A stretch of DNA of 56,257 bases from Corallochytrium limacisporum Hawaii (Eukaryota; Protista; Pluriformea). How positions within the stretch are numbered: the first letter of the stretch is position 1; each line of letters opens with the position of its first letter. The stretch is from positions 1-56,257 of the forward strand of contig PDIP01000055.1 of NCBI GenBank assembly GCA_002811645.1, given 5' to 3'. Both the position numbers and the translations under genes were made by a program. Below are positions 45,059 to 56,257 of this stretch, piece after piece. The notes beneath the pieces were generated by a model that saw nothing but the letters and a program-made list of their open reading frames with translations, was not told the origin of the DNA and did not search any database.

Positions 45059-48000
45059 AGTGTAACTAGAGATTAATAGTATCAGAATTATCTGCAGGAT
45101 CCGTCGTATTCTCATTCAACCCAAGCCCTCGTCAAGGTGTTTTCGCACTGGCAGTTTCTGGGGTCCTTTCAAATAGCTTGACAAGAATCCCCGGGACAAA
45201 TGTCAAATACGAACCGCTTTGCTTGAAGTAGGTTTCAGTGGATAAGTGCACCTCAGCGCTTCCACAGCCATCAGCTGAGACATTGGGCACACACTACCCG
45301 AGCCTGTCCAGGCGTGTCACTCTCGTGCTATGACCCACAGACCGCTGCTGGGCAAGAGTGCGCATGAAAACGGTGCCGCAAGTTTAACGACCCATTGGAC
45401 AATTTACCTACGCTTTCTAAACCTCGGTATCCTTTGTTGCATCCACCAGTCAGGAGTTGCACCTTCGACACGTAACGGGTCACAGAAAGAGAGTTAAGGA
45501 GAAAGGGCAGGAGAGTGTTGGCCCCCCCCCGGGGGGGGGGGGGGCACCTCAGGGGTTTTTACATCCGGGATGGATTAAATCCTCAATTTGTTGGCATTGT
45601 AGCATTGATTCTGGTAGGGTGAATGATCGAATCAAAAATATTTAAATCAATCAATCATATTTATCATTATTTTCCGCCAATGATCCAGCTGATCCCCTTA
45701 TTTCCTAGTTAAGGTATTTCACAGAGGGGGGCCTTGAGGAGACCAGTAACGATGAGAGGGAGGGTGGCCACATTAGGGAGGGGCTGGGTACACACGGGAA
45801 CGCACCGATCCTCCCCGACGACCGCCCACAGCGGGTAGTACAGATAAGGGGCAGCACGACACAAAAGTTCACCGATTCGCTGGGAAGGCAGCAGGCAGTA
45901 AAGGGCGGCCAAACTCCCAGATGAGTCCAGCTACAATGATGGGCTACCTGTCAACGAAGCCAAACGCCGACCTAGGGAACGATCTGAATACGGGCAAGGC
46001 TGAGAATCTTCGACAGGAGGATGCATTTTTCGATCCCATGTTCAAAGTGTATGGTGACATTCGGCAGACATCCAAGACATGCCGATTCTAACTCCCTGTC
46101 ACATTTATATTCCTTTGCATCTACAGACCGTATTATCTGCAACTGTCCAGAATCAAAGGAGTGTATCATGTAACCCCGCCACCCCCCAATACCCAGCAGA
46201 AATCAGACATTTCTACTGCCCTTGGAACCAGAACGGTGGTCTATACTGTGGTTTTACTTTTTGACCGAACCCTTTTGGCCTATATCCTTCTTCGTGGCCA
46301 GTCACTGTCTTCTCGCAAATACGCGTGTCTGTGGTTTCAGTACTGGCAGATCCAGAAATGGTATGCACCACTACATGCTGCTTGAAGAGTCGGGTGCCCC
46401 AAACCTATCGCGCGCTATAGCAACCCAACATCGTCTGGATGGTAACTCGGTCCAATCGTCCCTGTCCTACACATGCACAGGTGGACCTGGTTCTTGTTAG
46501 GGAAAGACTGGAACCTTGCGCGCTTTACACGGGTGCTCCCCTGAGGCTTTGAAATTTCTATGAGAATTAGGACCATCGGTGACGACATGAGTACGGGGAC
46601 GCATTGATACAGATGATTCTTGAAGCAGATAGGGTGATGGGAACATGTTTTTGACATTGTGACCTTCGTGTTTGGCGCCCTCGCGCGGAAAGGAAGGCGA
46701 AAGTTGGTGTTGGTTCTGTGTGCGTGTATGTCCCCTGGGGTACTGTTTCGGGTGCGAGAAGGGATTTTCTAGGACAAGATATGTGGCAAACGGAGACTCG
46801 CGCATTGAATAATATACTCCCATTCCATCAGCACCGAGTTATAGGTGAAATCGTCTCCCGTATGCGCCAATGGTTCTCTAACAATAATTGATCCCTTTCC
46901 CTTATGAAACACGCATTGACTTGTGGCATGCTCGGTCATTTTGGACCCCGTGGTATTGTACATGCTTTTGTTGGCTATGATCTAATGCATGCGCTGTCTC
47001 TCTCCACTCTGCTTCCTGCCAAGAGGGTTGGCCCTCAGAATCCCTGCGAAATTCTTTCCCTCGGCTTCCCCCCACCGCCTCCCCCCATTCCGTCCTTGTC
47101 CGGACCCTCATTCCTTCTCGACGACTCCCACACAGTGTTTGCCTGCTTGCGAGCTGGCTCTTCTCCTCCTCACCTAATAACTTCGTCCTCCTTGACCCCT
47201 GCGCCGGGGGCTTTCCCCTCCCTCCCCTTGTTTTCCCCATATCACCCTTTCCCCCCGGCTCCCCCCCCCGCGGGGGGGGGGGCTGGGGGCCTCCGCGCTG
47301 CTTGGAGGGTCCACGACCGCGCCTTGCAGAAAATCCTTTCTCCACAGTGAAACCGCCAGTATGTTCAGTACCGGAAGAGTCGCGTTTAGAATTTGCTTTC
47401 CTTGCATGCCTTGATGGATGCTATCTATATCTTTCACGCAAACTACCCGCCAATTAAGTTGGCAAGAAGGGACGAGGCCTATGCAGTGATGTTTCTTCCC
47501 GTATTTCCCAAACACCGGCCAGACGTGGGGTTCGCTGACCAGGTTTGACTGTCCGTCTTCCCTTCGTTCTCTTTGTCTCTGATGTCCTTTCTTTGCCATG
47601 TTCCCTTCTGCCAAATGGGCATGGAGTAAGCACGGCTTCTTATGGTAGAGTGCGCGCAAACTCCTACGGTGCCGAGCTTTCCCCTTTCTGTGGTCATGTT
47701 CCACCAATTTGGCTCTGGGCCCATACAATATAGAAGGACGAATTGGAGGACTTGGTGATGGACCGTTGTGGGCCTGTGAAGCTCTTCCTCTCGGTTTCTG
47801 GGAACAACCACCTCACAAGGACACAAAACCGGGGCAAACACGCAAGAGAAGCTTTCGGTTGCCCTGGCGGGTAAGGGAGAAACGATCATGAGTCCCTTGC
47901 GAGGATGAGTTAAACACAATGCATATGAGCACGATACGCGGGTCACGGAAGGGTATTAGATCAAATAGGTCTAAGCTGGAAAAGAGACTCCGGCGACGAC

Positions 48001-48403
48001 ATCTCTAACACCATTCCGTGTGGGATCGCTCTCCAGCTCTCCAGCTCTTTAATTTTAATTGCCAGGCGGGCATTAGCCAGTTGGGATAGCTCTGTGCTCG
48101 GGAGAGGTAGATTTGTTTCATCTGTAGTCCTTGTCTGATCACTCAGTTTCCGGTTCTGCTACAAGAATTGAAACGCCTTCTATCGTGAGGCTTAAGGCCA
48201 AACTTTAAGACTCTAGCGTCAAGTAGTATCATACTTGACAATTCGATTTCTGCGAATCCAAGCTTCATTGGACTCACACTTTGCTTCTAATTCAAAAGGC
48301 ATGATTGACAAGCGGGAGCTTTGTTAAGACTTAAGACGCCGACTTAATCGCCCAAATAGCAAACAACAGATATCAACGCTACCTTAACATAACAAAGATC
48401 AAG

Positions 48404-49522
48404 ATGGCTGGTGCTACTATCAACAACGTCAAAGTCCTGAAGGAGGCTCCACCCCTGCTCGCAGAGGGCGATGCTCCCCTCGAAGGCGACGAGATCATTG
48501 TAGTCTGTCCTGAAGTTGACGCCTTGGAGATCAAGCGCAACATTCCTTGTGACATTCCCATTGATGACAAAGGCACTCCCTGTGGAGTCATCATGCCTTC
48601 CACCGCCTGTCTGCGACTGCACCAGGTCAAGAAGCATGGCATTACCACCTGCCCTGCTGACAAGCTTCTGGAGGGTCGTCCCAAATCTAAGAAGTTTGAC
48701 AAGGGCGGCCGTCGTATCATTCGCTACTATTGCCCCGCTCCAGGCTGCCCTCGTCAGCCCGGTAGTGGCAAACCTTTCTCTAAGCTGGGGCTCTTGAAGC
48801 AGCATTACTGGAATGTTCATGCTGAAAAGCAGTACACCTGCCGTGTCTGCTCTCGCAGGTTTGGTCTGATGGATGTGTACAACCGCCACGAAAAGGAGTG
48901 CGGTAAGCGCTTCCGCTGCACCTGCGGCAACATTTTCCGTTCCCGTGACGCCCTGCGCGCCCACACTCGTCGCAACGGCTGTGTCATGCCCGAGGACCCT
49001 GTAGTCAGTGCAAACTTCGAAGTGTCCAAGGTCAAGAAGACTGGTGCTTCCGACCCGAAGAAGAAGGCTAGGTGTGCATCCAAAGACAAGTATACCAAAC
49101 ACCGCCGTCTGTCCACTTCGACCATACCCAACAGCGATGAGAACACGTCTGTGGACTGGAGCAACACTCTGAGTCCTTGCTCTGTTCCTTCTGAGATCGA
49201 TGAGCTCGAGCCCACACGTCAGTCCACTATTGACTTTGACATCACTCCCATTGATGTGGTCATTGCTGATCCCTATGAGGAAGACTTTATGGAATCTGTC
49301 CAGCTCAGAGATGAGGCCGGTGACGAGTCGCGCTTCTCTTCGTATACATCTCAGGCTTCTGATCTCACCGAGGTTTCCTTCACCGAGTTTGGTGGATATG
49401 AGAACGAATTTCTTAAACTTTGGCACAACATCGAGTCTTTAGATGCTGGAGATGCTCTGAACCTGAGCCTGAGTGGTGCCGAAATGGATATCCCACGCTC
49501 CATTGACAACTCGAGTGATTAG
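48404..49522 (+). CDS. ATMIN: ATMIN/ASCIZ-like C2H2 zinc-finger transcription factor
   Basis: Zinc-finger array LRLHQVKKH...YYCPAPGCPR...PFS...LKQHYWNVHAEKQYTC..C...RHEKECGKRFRCTCG..F.SRDAL..H closely follows the ATMIN array; acidic disordered C-terminus. Confidence 0.75.
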   Translation: MAGATINNVKVLKEAPPLLAEGDAPLEGDEIIVVCPEVDALEIKRNIPCDIPIDDKGTPCGVIMPSTACLRLHQVKKHGITTCPADKLLEGRPKSKKFDKGGRRIIRYYCPAPGCPRQPGSGKPFSKLGLLKQHYWNVHAEKQYTCRVCSRRFGLMDVYNRHEKECGKRFRCTCGNIFRSRDALRAHTRRNGCVMPEDPVVSANFEVSKVKKTGASDPKKKARCASKDKYTKHRRLSTSTIPNSDENTSVDWSNTLSPCSVPSEIDELEPTRQSTIDFDITPIDVVIADPYEEDFMESVQLRDEAGDESRFSSYTSQASDLTEVSFTEFGGYENEFLKLWHNIESLDAGDALNLSLSGAEMDIPRSIDNSSD

Positions 49523-50770
49523 ACATAATCATCGTCTCGCCTACTCGAACATGTACGCAGCCAAATGCATTATGTTCTCAAGTCTGTATTCCCCCATGAA
49601 TGTGGCAAAGCATCCCCAATGGATCGCACAGGTCCGTGTTGGGACAGAGCTGTGTCCTCTGTGTTCTTCTGTCGCCACATCCTCGACACGTCCGCGATGA
49701 AGAGTGTCTGCGGGCATAGGAGAGGGCCCGGTTCAGTGGTGGACTCTTGTCGTCGGGTCCCAATGCGCTATACCATCGTCAATTTAGTCAACACATAACC
49801 CTACGGAGGTTGCTGTCGTTTCAGCTATATGATACGAAGAACCTCAAGCCCCCGAATCTTGTTATACGGCCCTTGCTGGGCACACTGATCCCGATAATGA
49901 ATAAAACCAAAACAGGTACAAAGTATAGCTTGATCAGACTTTCACATTTTGAGTGGCCAGTATGTTTAATACAACCCAGTGGTCGATCAACGCTGCAAGA
50001 GCGCATCCACACCTTTGCACCCGACCTCAGTTGCCATTCTAGTAGCCCATGTCAAGAAATAATTCTGAATCTATTTCATTGTTGAATCTACAGAGACAAT
50101 GGGAGCACCCTAGAAGTAAATAGTGAATGTACCGGAGGACAAACCTGTTTCGGACCGGCATATGACTTGCTTTACTCGTCCGGTCATGTTTTATGTATGC
50201 AACTGACCTGAGTGACGAGTCAGCTCGGCTGCGATTTCTACCCTCAGTGAAAAAACTACCAGGCCAAGCCAATGGAGCGCCAGAATTCAAGGCAAGCGAA
50301 GGAGCTGGTGCTCGGGGCCAGGGCCAGTTTGAGTTGCCCATTCGTTGCGCCTTTCCCAGGTCCTCTTTAAGTTTTTCTTCAACCAAGACTTTCCTTTGTT
50401 GGGTGCCAGGAAGGAAAAGTTGCTCGCCCACCCGGTGGAATGTGAAAGGATCGTCTTTGGTGATATATGTGCTTTACTCCTTTTTCTCGGCGCTTTAGTT
50501 TTGGCAATGGTAACAGGGAGGATGGCAATTGGATCAAAAATGCAGTCATATACAGAAAACACACGAGAGTAGAATCGTATTTCAAACTCTACCGACGACG
50601 CTTCGACAGCGTCCAAGCCGATATTTCGTAGACATACTGCGAACAAATCATATCTCGCGAACCATTAGAAACCGTGCATTAGATACCGAGGAATGGCATT
50701 AAATTTTGCAAAGATTGAATTTCAGTAAGCAACAACCCCCAAAGCAAGACACCAGGCTCACAACAAGACC

Positions 50771-52066
50771 ATGGACGGTTTTGAGGATACTCAGGTTGGT
50801 GCGCTGTCGCCTACCCGGGAAGAGTACAATCCCTTTGCTGAAGACAAAGGCAAGGGCACTTCTAATCTGGACAATTCATTAGCGCACTCAGAATCCACAA
50901 CACACTCAACGCCAGTTATGACTTCCACAGTGCCACCACGCTCAGACACCATCCCGAGCTCTTCGGCGCGAATTGTGGATATGAATGATCGAGAGGGTTT
51001 TGTGATGTATACTATTCACTTTGAGACAGATAGTCTGGCATATCCCGGGGTCCGGAACTACGAAATTCAACGACGTTACTCCGATTTTGTGACATTCAGA
51101 AAGATTCTGGTAACAGAGTTTCCGTACCATGTTCTTCCACCCATCCCGGAGAAAAAACTGGGTAGCGGACGATTCGATCCCCATTTTGTGGAGTGCCGCA
51201 AGACCGGTCTTGAACGGTTTCTGAAAGCCCTGCTAGCGACTCCTGTGATAAGTGAATCTCGCGCGGTTGTGCGCTTCATGACGGAACCACGGGAGACATT
51301 GATGGAGGATTTCAACCGCAAAGGCAGCAAGGGTATACTCTCCACTCTGAATGAACAGTTGCAAAACCTGGCCGTTCGTTTCCTGAAGGAAAAGGGCCCG
51401 GACGGCACGGGTGGAGCGATTGATGCTGTCGTGGCTGATACACATCTGCTCCATGACATGCTTAAGAAGGTGGAATCGGCCAGTGCCACGTATGCAACGG
51501 CAGAGAAGCGACTGAATAACAATTTCTCCTCCCTTGGACCCGCGTTCAATAACATTGCCAATGCGGAGCTTGAAGTAGTGGATCCGTATTTTGTGCTCTC
51601 GAAAGCGATGGATGGCCAAAATCATGTCAATGAAAAGTATATTCAGAACTACATTGCCGAGGTCACGGAGCTGCTCAAGTATCTACTAAAGTATGCGGAA
51701 TCTCTGATTGAGACCCTTCGCCGGCGGGACATGCAAAAGATGAATAATGATCTGGTGGAAAAGGAACTTGAAAGGGCTCAAAGCAAGCTTGCAGATATGG
51801 AGCGGCAACCAATGGCTTATGGATCGAAATTTCCGCAGCAGCGCAAAAAATTGAAGGACAAGATTGAGAATCTGACGCCTATCGTGCAGCAAAACCAGAT
51901 TGAAACGGATCGAGCCAGTACAGACGTGGAGAGCGACCTGAACACCTGGCACACTTTCCGTAAGGAGACCGCTGTTAAAATCATTCGTTCTTATATGGAT
52001 GTCAACCGTCAACATGCCGAGGAAAGCATACAGCTCTGGGAGTCGGCGTGCAGTGGATGGGCTTGA
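50771..52066 (+). CDS. Sorting nexin, PX-BAR type (SNX4/7/30-like)
   Basis: PX motifs RRYSDF, LPPIPEK, RKTGLERFL; helical BAR-like C-terminal half; N-terminal NPF motif. Confidence 0.9.
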   Translation: MDGFEDTQVGALSPTREEYNPFAEDKGKGTSNLDNSLAHSESTTHSTPVMTSTVPPRSDTIPSSSARIVDMNDREGFVMYTIHFETDSLAYPGVRNYEIQRRYSDFVTFRKILVTEFPYHVLPPIPEKKLGSGRFDPHFVECRKTGLERFLKALLATPVISESRAVVRFMTEPRETLMEDFNRKGSKGILSTLNEQLQNLAVRFLKEKGPDGTGGAIDAVVADTHLLHDMLKKVESASATYATAEKRLNNNFSSLGPAFNNIANAELEVVDPYFVLSKAMDGQNHVNEKYIQNYIAEVTELLKYLLKYAESLIETLRRRDMQKMNNDLVEKELERAQSKLADMERQPMAYGSKFPQQRKKLKDKIENLTPIVQQNQIETDRASTDVESDLNTWHTFRKETAVKIIRSYMDVNRQHAEESIQLWESACSGWA

Positions 52067-52758
52067 CCAGAACGGCCAAAGACATACTTACTTCTTTCAA
52101 AATTCACACATGAACTACAGTGTCAATTGAACGCTGGAGCGATACATATAGTTCATATATTCATTATCATCTCGGTTTCAACCATGTCGGTATATTATAT
52201 TACCTTATTGCATTCTGGACGTTCCAAAGCGGGAGTCTCTTTTCTGCCTTGTCTATGGTCCCGTCCCTGCTCGCTACCGGCCGTCTCCGTGGCCTCCTGG
52301 AGCGGGGCAGCAGGCAATTGGTACACGAGAGCGGGTGGGCCAGATGAGGGAAGCAGTGAGGATGATTGCTTCTCATCATTGGCGTACCGTCCGAGCGATT
52401 AAGGCAACAGCAGTAACCGTCTCACTACTATGATGTTGGGTATCTGAATTGAGGATTTCTAATTATGATGGTATGTAGAGGCTGCTCATGGGCTACAACA
52501 GGGACGCTAGATCCCAATTTGATCTGATATTTCAAAGATTCTTTCCTACGGTGCGGTTAACGAACAGAAAATAAACAGAATGATCACAATTACTGTATCA
52601 AATCAAATGAGTCTTAGTAAGAACACATAGGAGGAAAGTGCAGCATGTGATCGACGATCACCTACAGACCCAGACGCTTCACTGTGTCGCCTACTTTATG
52701 TTTTTCTTCGTTTGTATTCAGCCTGACTCGTCTGACGGTTATCGGTAGAGCATTGTAG

Positions 52759-53361
52759 TCAGAGTTTGCCATTGGCTAGCCCAGTGTCCACACTCTGCTT
52801 GATGAGCCCGGAAACTTCCCTAAAGTTTGTGAAGTTCTTGTCTTTCATGAGCATGAATAGGGCACTCTCCGATGTGGTCACAAACACACCTGCCTGACGC
52901 ATGCGCTCAAAGGCAGTGAATCGATCTCCGTCTGTGCGGCTGCTGGTGGCATCGGCTACAACGTGCACATCCATGCCGGCCTCCACCAGATCGAGGCAGG
53001 TTTGCAGTACACATACATGGGCCTCAATGCCGAAGAGGACTACGCTCTTCACGTTTGGGCGAACTTCCTTGAGCTTGGTCGTGACATCTTCCGTACACAT
53101 AGAGAACAGGGTCTTAGGGACCACGGCAGTGGCCTTGGAGGTATCGATTTCAGCCACAGTCTTGCCGAGCTTTTCCGGGTATTGCTCAGTCACGATCAAG
53201 GGAATGTTCATGATCCCAGCGGCAGTGCACATACGTTTGGACACTTCAATGATCTCCGGACAGTGACGGATCAGACCTCGAAACTTCTCCTGCACATCAC
53301 AGAGGAAGAATGCAGTGGTCTCAGGGACCAACTTACCCACACTACGAGCAGCTCCAGCCAT
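52759..53361 (-). CDS. Isochorismatase domain-containing protein (ISOC1/ISOC2-like)
   Basis: FFLCDVQEKFR, TEQYPEKLGKT, KTLFSM, LFGIEAHVCVLQT, DATSSR; ends GKL (PTS1-like). Confidence 0.92.
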   Translation of the reverse strand: MAGAARSVGKLVPETTAFFLCDVQEKFRGLIRHCPEIIEVSKRMCTAAGIMNIPLIVTEQYPEKLGKTVAEIDTSKATAVVPKTLFSMCTEDVTTKLKEVRPNVKSVVLFGIEAHVCVLQTCLDLVEAGMDVHVVADATSSRTDGDRFTAFERMRQAGVFVTTSESALFMLMKDKNFTNFREVSGLIKQSVDTGLANGKL

Positions 53362-54184
53362 CTTTCCAGCTGTTATGTAGACTCGATGCTTCAATTGCTG
53401 ACGGGAAGGACAGCTTGCTGACAATTACTTCGGGCGTGACCAGAGGTAATACATACCTTCAGAGACCGGTCTACTCGATGCGAAACATTCGGAGAGTTAT
53501 CCTCGCTTTAGAAATGAGCTCTCTGGCACTGCAATTGGACGACCGATCGTGCGAGTATGATTCGGGATGCAAACCGGCTCATCCCTTACCCCTTCCATTC
53601 GATCGGAGAGGAGTCTGCCGTGTTTTCTGTTCTGTAAACCTCCTGCCGACACTTCCGTTCATACGTCCTGAGATTTACAGAGGACACCCGGAGCCCTCCA
53701 GATACATATTTTCACACTCTTAATTTTAACTGAACCCCTCAACGGAAGACTCATCATATTAAATTCATTCCTCGAGCAGAGGAAACGAAAGAAACATAGG
53801 AAAATTTTGACACCATTCACAAGGAAAAAGTGGACGGGAGGTGGAGTGAAGATTAGACCTAAGTGACTGGGATCTTGCCCTACCTAGGGTTGTGCCATAC
53901 TGAAGGTGGCGGTTCACTAGGATTCGATGGGCGGAGAAAATGAGTTGGCAGGACCCTTGGCGCGCTGGAGCGGTGGAACTAAAAACACAGTTTAGTCCAT
54001 TACTCTAATGCTATTTACAATGGCTCTTCTCGAATACGATATGATTTTGTATGAGAAAAGTGACTTGGCAGTATACGAAAGAAATCTTGACGACAATCGG
54101 ACCGAAAGAGAGGCTAGTAGAATTCGCATTTCGGCACAATGTGAAGGGTGATCTGAGTAAACAAATATTGAGAAAGATTGAACC

Positions 54185-54841
54185 ATGACAACCATGGAGA
54201 ACCGCTTTAATGAGGTTCAGGGCCTGTTAATACGTACCCAACACAACCTCAGTCAGCTCGAGAACGGCATTCATGCCACAGTAGAAATGAAAGGCAATGT
54301 CAGTAACTCGTTGCAAACGTTACAAGTAAAGGTTGATGAGTTGCTAGACAAGGCAAATAGAGAACACCCTAGTCAGCGACATGTTGCACAGACACGTGCA
54401 CAAGCGATAGCTAATGAGTTCCGCATGCTCCAGTATGCTTTCAACAACTACATTGAACGGGAACGGGAGAAGGAACGAGAGGCCAAGGAACGGGAAGAGC
54501 TGTTGAACCGTCGCTTCACCCCGCTCAGTACTAACGATACCATCCTGAACATGGAGGCCCAAGACTATTACGCAAATGAAAATCAACGACTCAAGGGTGT
54601 CGGACGGGACATTGATGGGTTCTTGAACTACGGCGGAGCGATCCTCGAAAATCTTACGAATCAGAGAGACGTGTTGAAGGGTGTAAGGACCCGAGTGTTG
54701 AACATTGGCAATCAGTTGGGCTTGAGTCAGAGTCTGATGGGTATGATTGAGGGCAGACAGAAAGGAGATACCTACATCCTTTATGGTGGCATGCTGATCA
54801 CCCTGATCCTTATGTTCCTGATCTGGTACTATTTGGGATAA
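54185..54841 (+). CDS. GOSR2: Golgi Qb-SNARE membrin/GOSR2/Bos1
   Basis: REELLNRRF, SNARE motif (ILENLTNQRDVLKG...LGLSQSLM..IE.R..GD), C-terminal TM anchor. Confidence 0.9.
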   Translation: MTTMENRFNEVQGLLIRTQHNLSQLENGIHATVEMKGNVSNSLQTLQVKVDELLDKANREHPSQRHVAQTRAQAIANEFRMLQYAFNNYIEREREKEREAKEREELLNRRFTPLSTNDTILNMEAQDYYANENQRLKGVGRDIDGFLNYGGAILENLTNQRDVLKGVRTRVLNIGNQLGLSQSLMGMIEGRQKGDTYILYGGMLITLILMFLIWYYLG

Positions 54842-54902
54842 CACTTTAATATTTTGGTTCAAAAATACGTGCATTTCACAACATACATGTAGATACAAAC
54901 TA

Positions 54903-55760
54903 TCATGCAGCAGACTTTTCTCCCTTCAGCACGGTGCTTTCTGCTCGCTTCTTGTAGCCACCGTAGCTCTGGAAGTCAATGCCGTTCTGAACTGTGACCC
55001 TCATGACCTTGCCGTGTGCTTCCTCATCCAAAATCAATTGCATCATGCCTTCCACGACGAGGTCCGGATCGAGCAGACTTCCGCCAACGTCCTTAACCGC
55101 GGTCTTCATCACTGGATCATCCTCCGAACTCTGAACCATAGGTGTGTTCGCAAACGAAGGACAAATGACATTGGAACGGATCTTGTTGGTGGTCCATAGG
55201 TGATTTAGGGACCGCGTGAAACCAACCACTCCCCACTTACTGGCCGAGTAAGCAGGCCATCCAGTCGGCAATAGGCCTGCCATACTCGCAACGTTCAGAA
55301 TGTGACCACCCTGTGGCCCTATGAATTCCGTGGCCAATGCACTTGTACACATGACACCAAGAAGATTTACCTGCACAGTCAAAGCCGATTTGTGCCACTC
55401 ACGTTCCATGTCCTCCGCGGAGGGCATGATTCCCAGGGAAGTGGGTACTGGTGGAAATATTTGGCCTTCAGAGATAATTCCAGCGTTAGACACGACCAGA
55501 GTTGGTGGGGTCTTGAAGGCGGTGTGCATGGTTGTGAAAGCCTTCCTCATTGCAGCATAGTCAGTCACGTCCGCGACTGCCCAGGCCAGTTGTCCTTTAC
55601 TTTCAGTGGCATCATGCAGTCTGCTAGCCTCTGCTTCGACTGTGAGTGTACGGTCCACCATCATGACCTTAGCACCCTGTTCCAACAACTGTTTTGTGAG
55701 GATCAGGCCGAACCCGGAGGCTGCTCCGGTAACGAGAGCTACTTGTTTCGCTAGAGACAT
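54903..55760 (-). CDS. Classical short-chain dehydrogenase/reductase (15-PGDH-like)
   Basis: TGAASGFG, NAG, VNL, ASMAGL, catalytic YSASK, ICPSFANT. Confidence 0.92.
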   Translation of the reverse strand: MSLAKQVALVTGAASGFGLILTKQLLEQGAKVMMVDRTLTVEAEASRLHDATESKGQLAWAVADVTDYAAMRKAFTTMHTAFKTPPTLVVSNAGIISEGQIFPPVPTSLGIMPSAEDMEREWHKSALTVQVNLLGVMCTSALATEFIGPQGGHILNVASMAGLLPTGWPAYSASKWGVVGFTRSLNHLWTTNKIRSNVICPSFANTPMVQSSEDDPVMKTAVKDVGGSLLDPDLVVEGMMQLILDEEAHGKVMRVTVQNGIDFQSYGGYKKRAESTVLKGEKSAA

Positions 55761-56257
55761 GCTGGTTCAATATATATATTGTTTCTATCATGCCTACATA
55801 TTGCCAAGTTTCCTTGAAGTTTAGTGGATCCATTCTCTGCTATTTGCCTAGAATACCTGGGCAATGTTCAGCTGGACAACACTGCAAGAACCATATTGAA
55901 TCCGCAGATATCCAATCTAAAAAAAGCCACTTCCCAGCTACTTCCTCACGACCCCTCCTCGGGGGCACGTAGATGCTGAAACGTAACGGGAACACATCGG
56001 GCACATCACAATACTGAAAGTAGGGCGAGACCCATCTACACGTCAATTGGCGCAAGCATGTTCTGGGGGTTCCAAAAATTAGGCCCCCTTAACCAGAAAC
56101 TGCGCTCGTTCCGGTGGGTGTGATGAAAATAGGCCCCCTTGCCTTTCGCAACCAAACACTCTCCGTATTGTTTAGGTTTGTGGCACGGCACGCCTTGCCA
56201 CCGCAGGGCTGTCTCAACCGCCCTTGGGCGGGGGAAGAAGGGGAGAAGGGAGGGGGG

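Noticed and set aside
48344-49426. 360-aa minus-strand ORF
   Set aside because: Antisense shadow of the zinc-finger gene.
1-56257. CRISPR arrays, rRNA, spliceosomal snRNAs, intact transposons
   Set aside because: No regularly spaced repeats, no recognisable rRNA or U-snRNA signature sequences, and no transposase/RT ORF or terminal repeats seen by eye.

Overview
Eukaryotic nuclear DNA with about 20 protein-coding genes, all read as single uninterrupted ORFs, plus one tRNA-Gln(UUG). All three stop codons terminate genes, so the code is standard. The gene mix (HMG-box SSRP1, Spg1/Tem1, sterol C24-methyltransferase, ATMIN-like zinc finger) and the lack of coding introns suggest an intron-poor unicellular opisthokont/holozoan; this is inference only. 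The left part (1-20 kb) is a gene-poor accessory zone. It holds a divergent pair of secreted, distantly paralogous aerolysin/ETX-MTX2-like pore-forming proteins, a decayed repeat-protein relic between them, a small secreted C2-like protein, a polytopic membrane protein, an alpha/beta-hydrolase pseudogene, a tandem SnoaL/NTF2-like protein and a small ORF. The right part (20-56 kb) is housekeeping: an aldo-keto reductase with one in-frame TAA, TAPT1, a Cys-rich type I receptor with an M6PR/ATG27-like tail, a PhyH dioxygenase, a mitochondrial DnaJ, Spg1, SMT, SSRP1 head-to-head with a HIRA carrying a very long acidic tail, a DUF1499-like PTS1 protein, an ATMIN-like factor, a SNX-BAR, an isochorismatase, GOSR2/Bos1 and an SDR. 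The best candidate for a new system is the putative multi-component secreted pore-forming toxin locus at 63-7940. All family assignments come from motif recognition by eye; no database searches were run.
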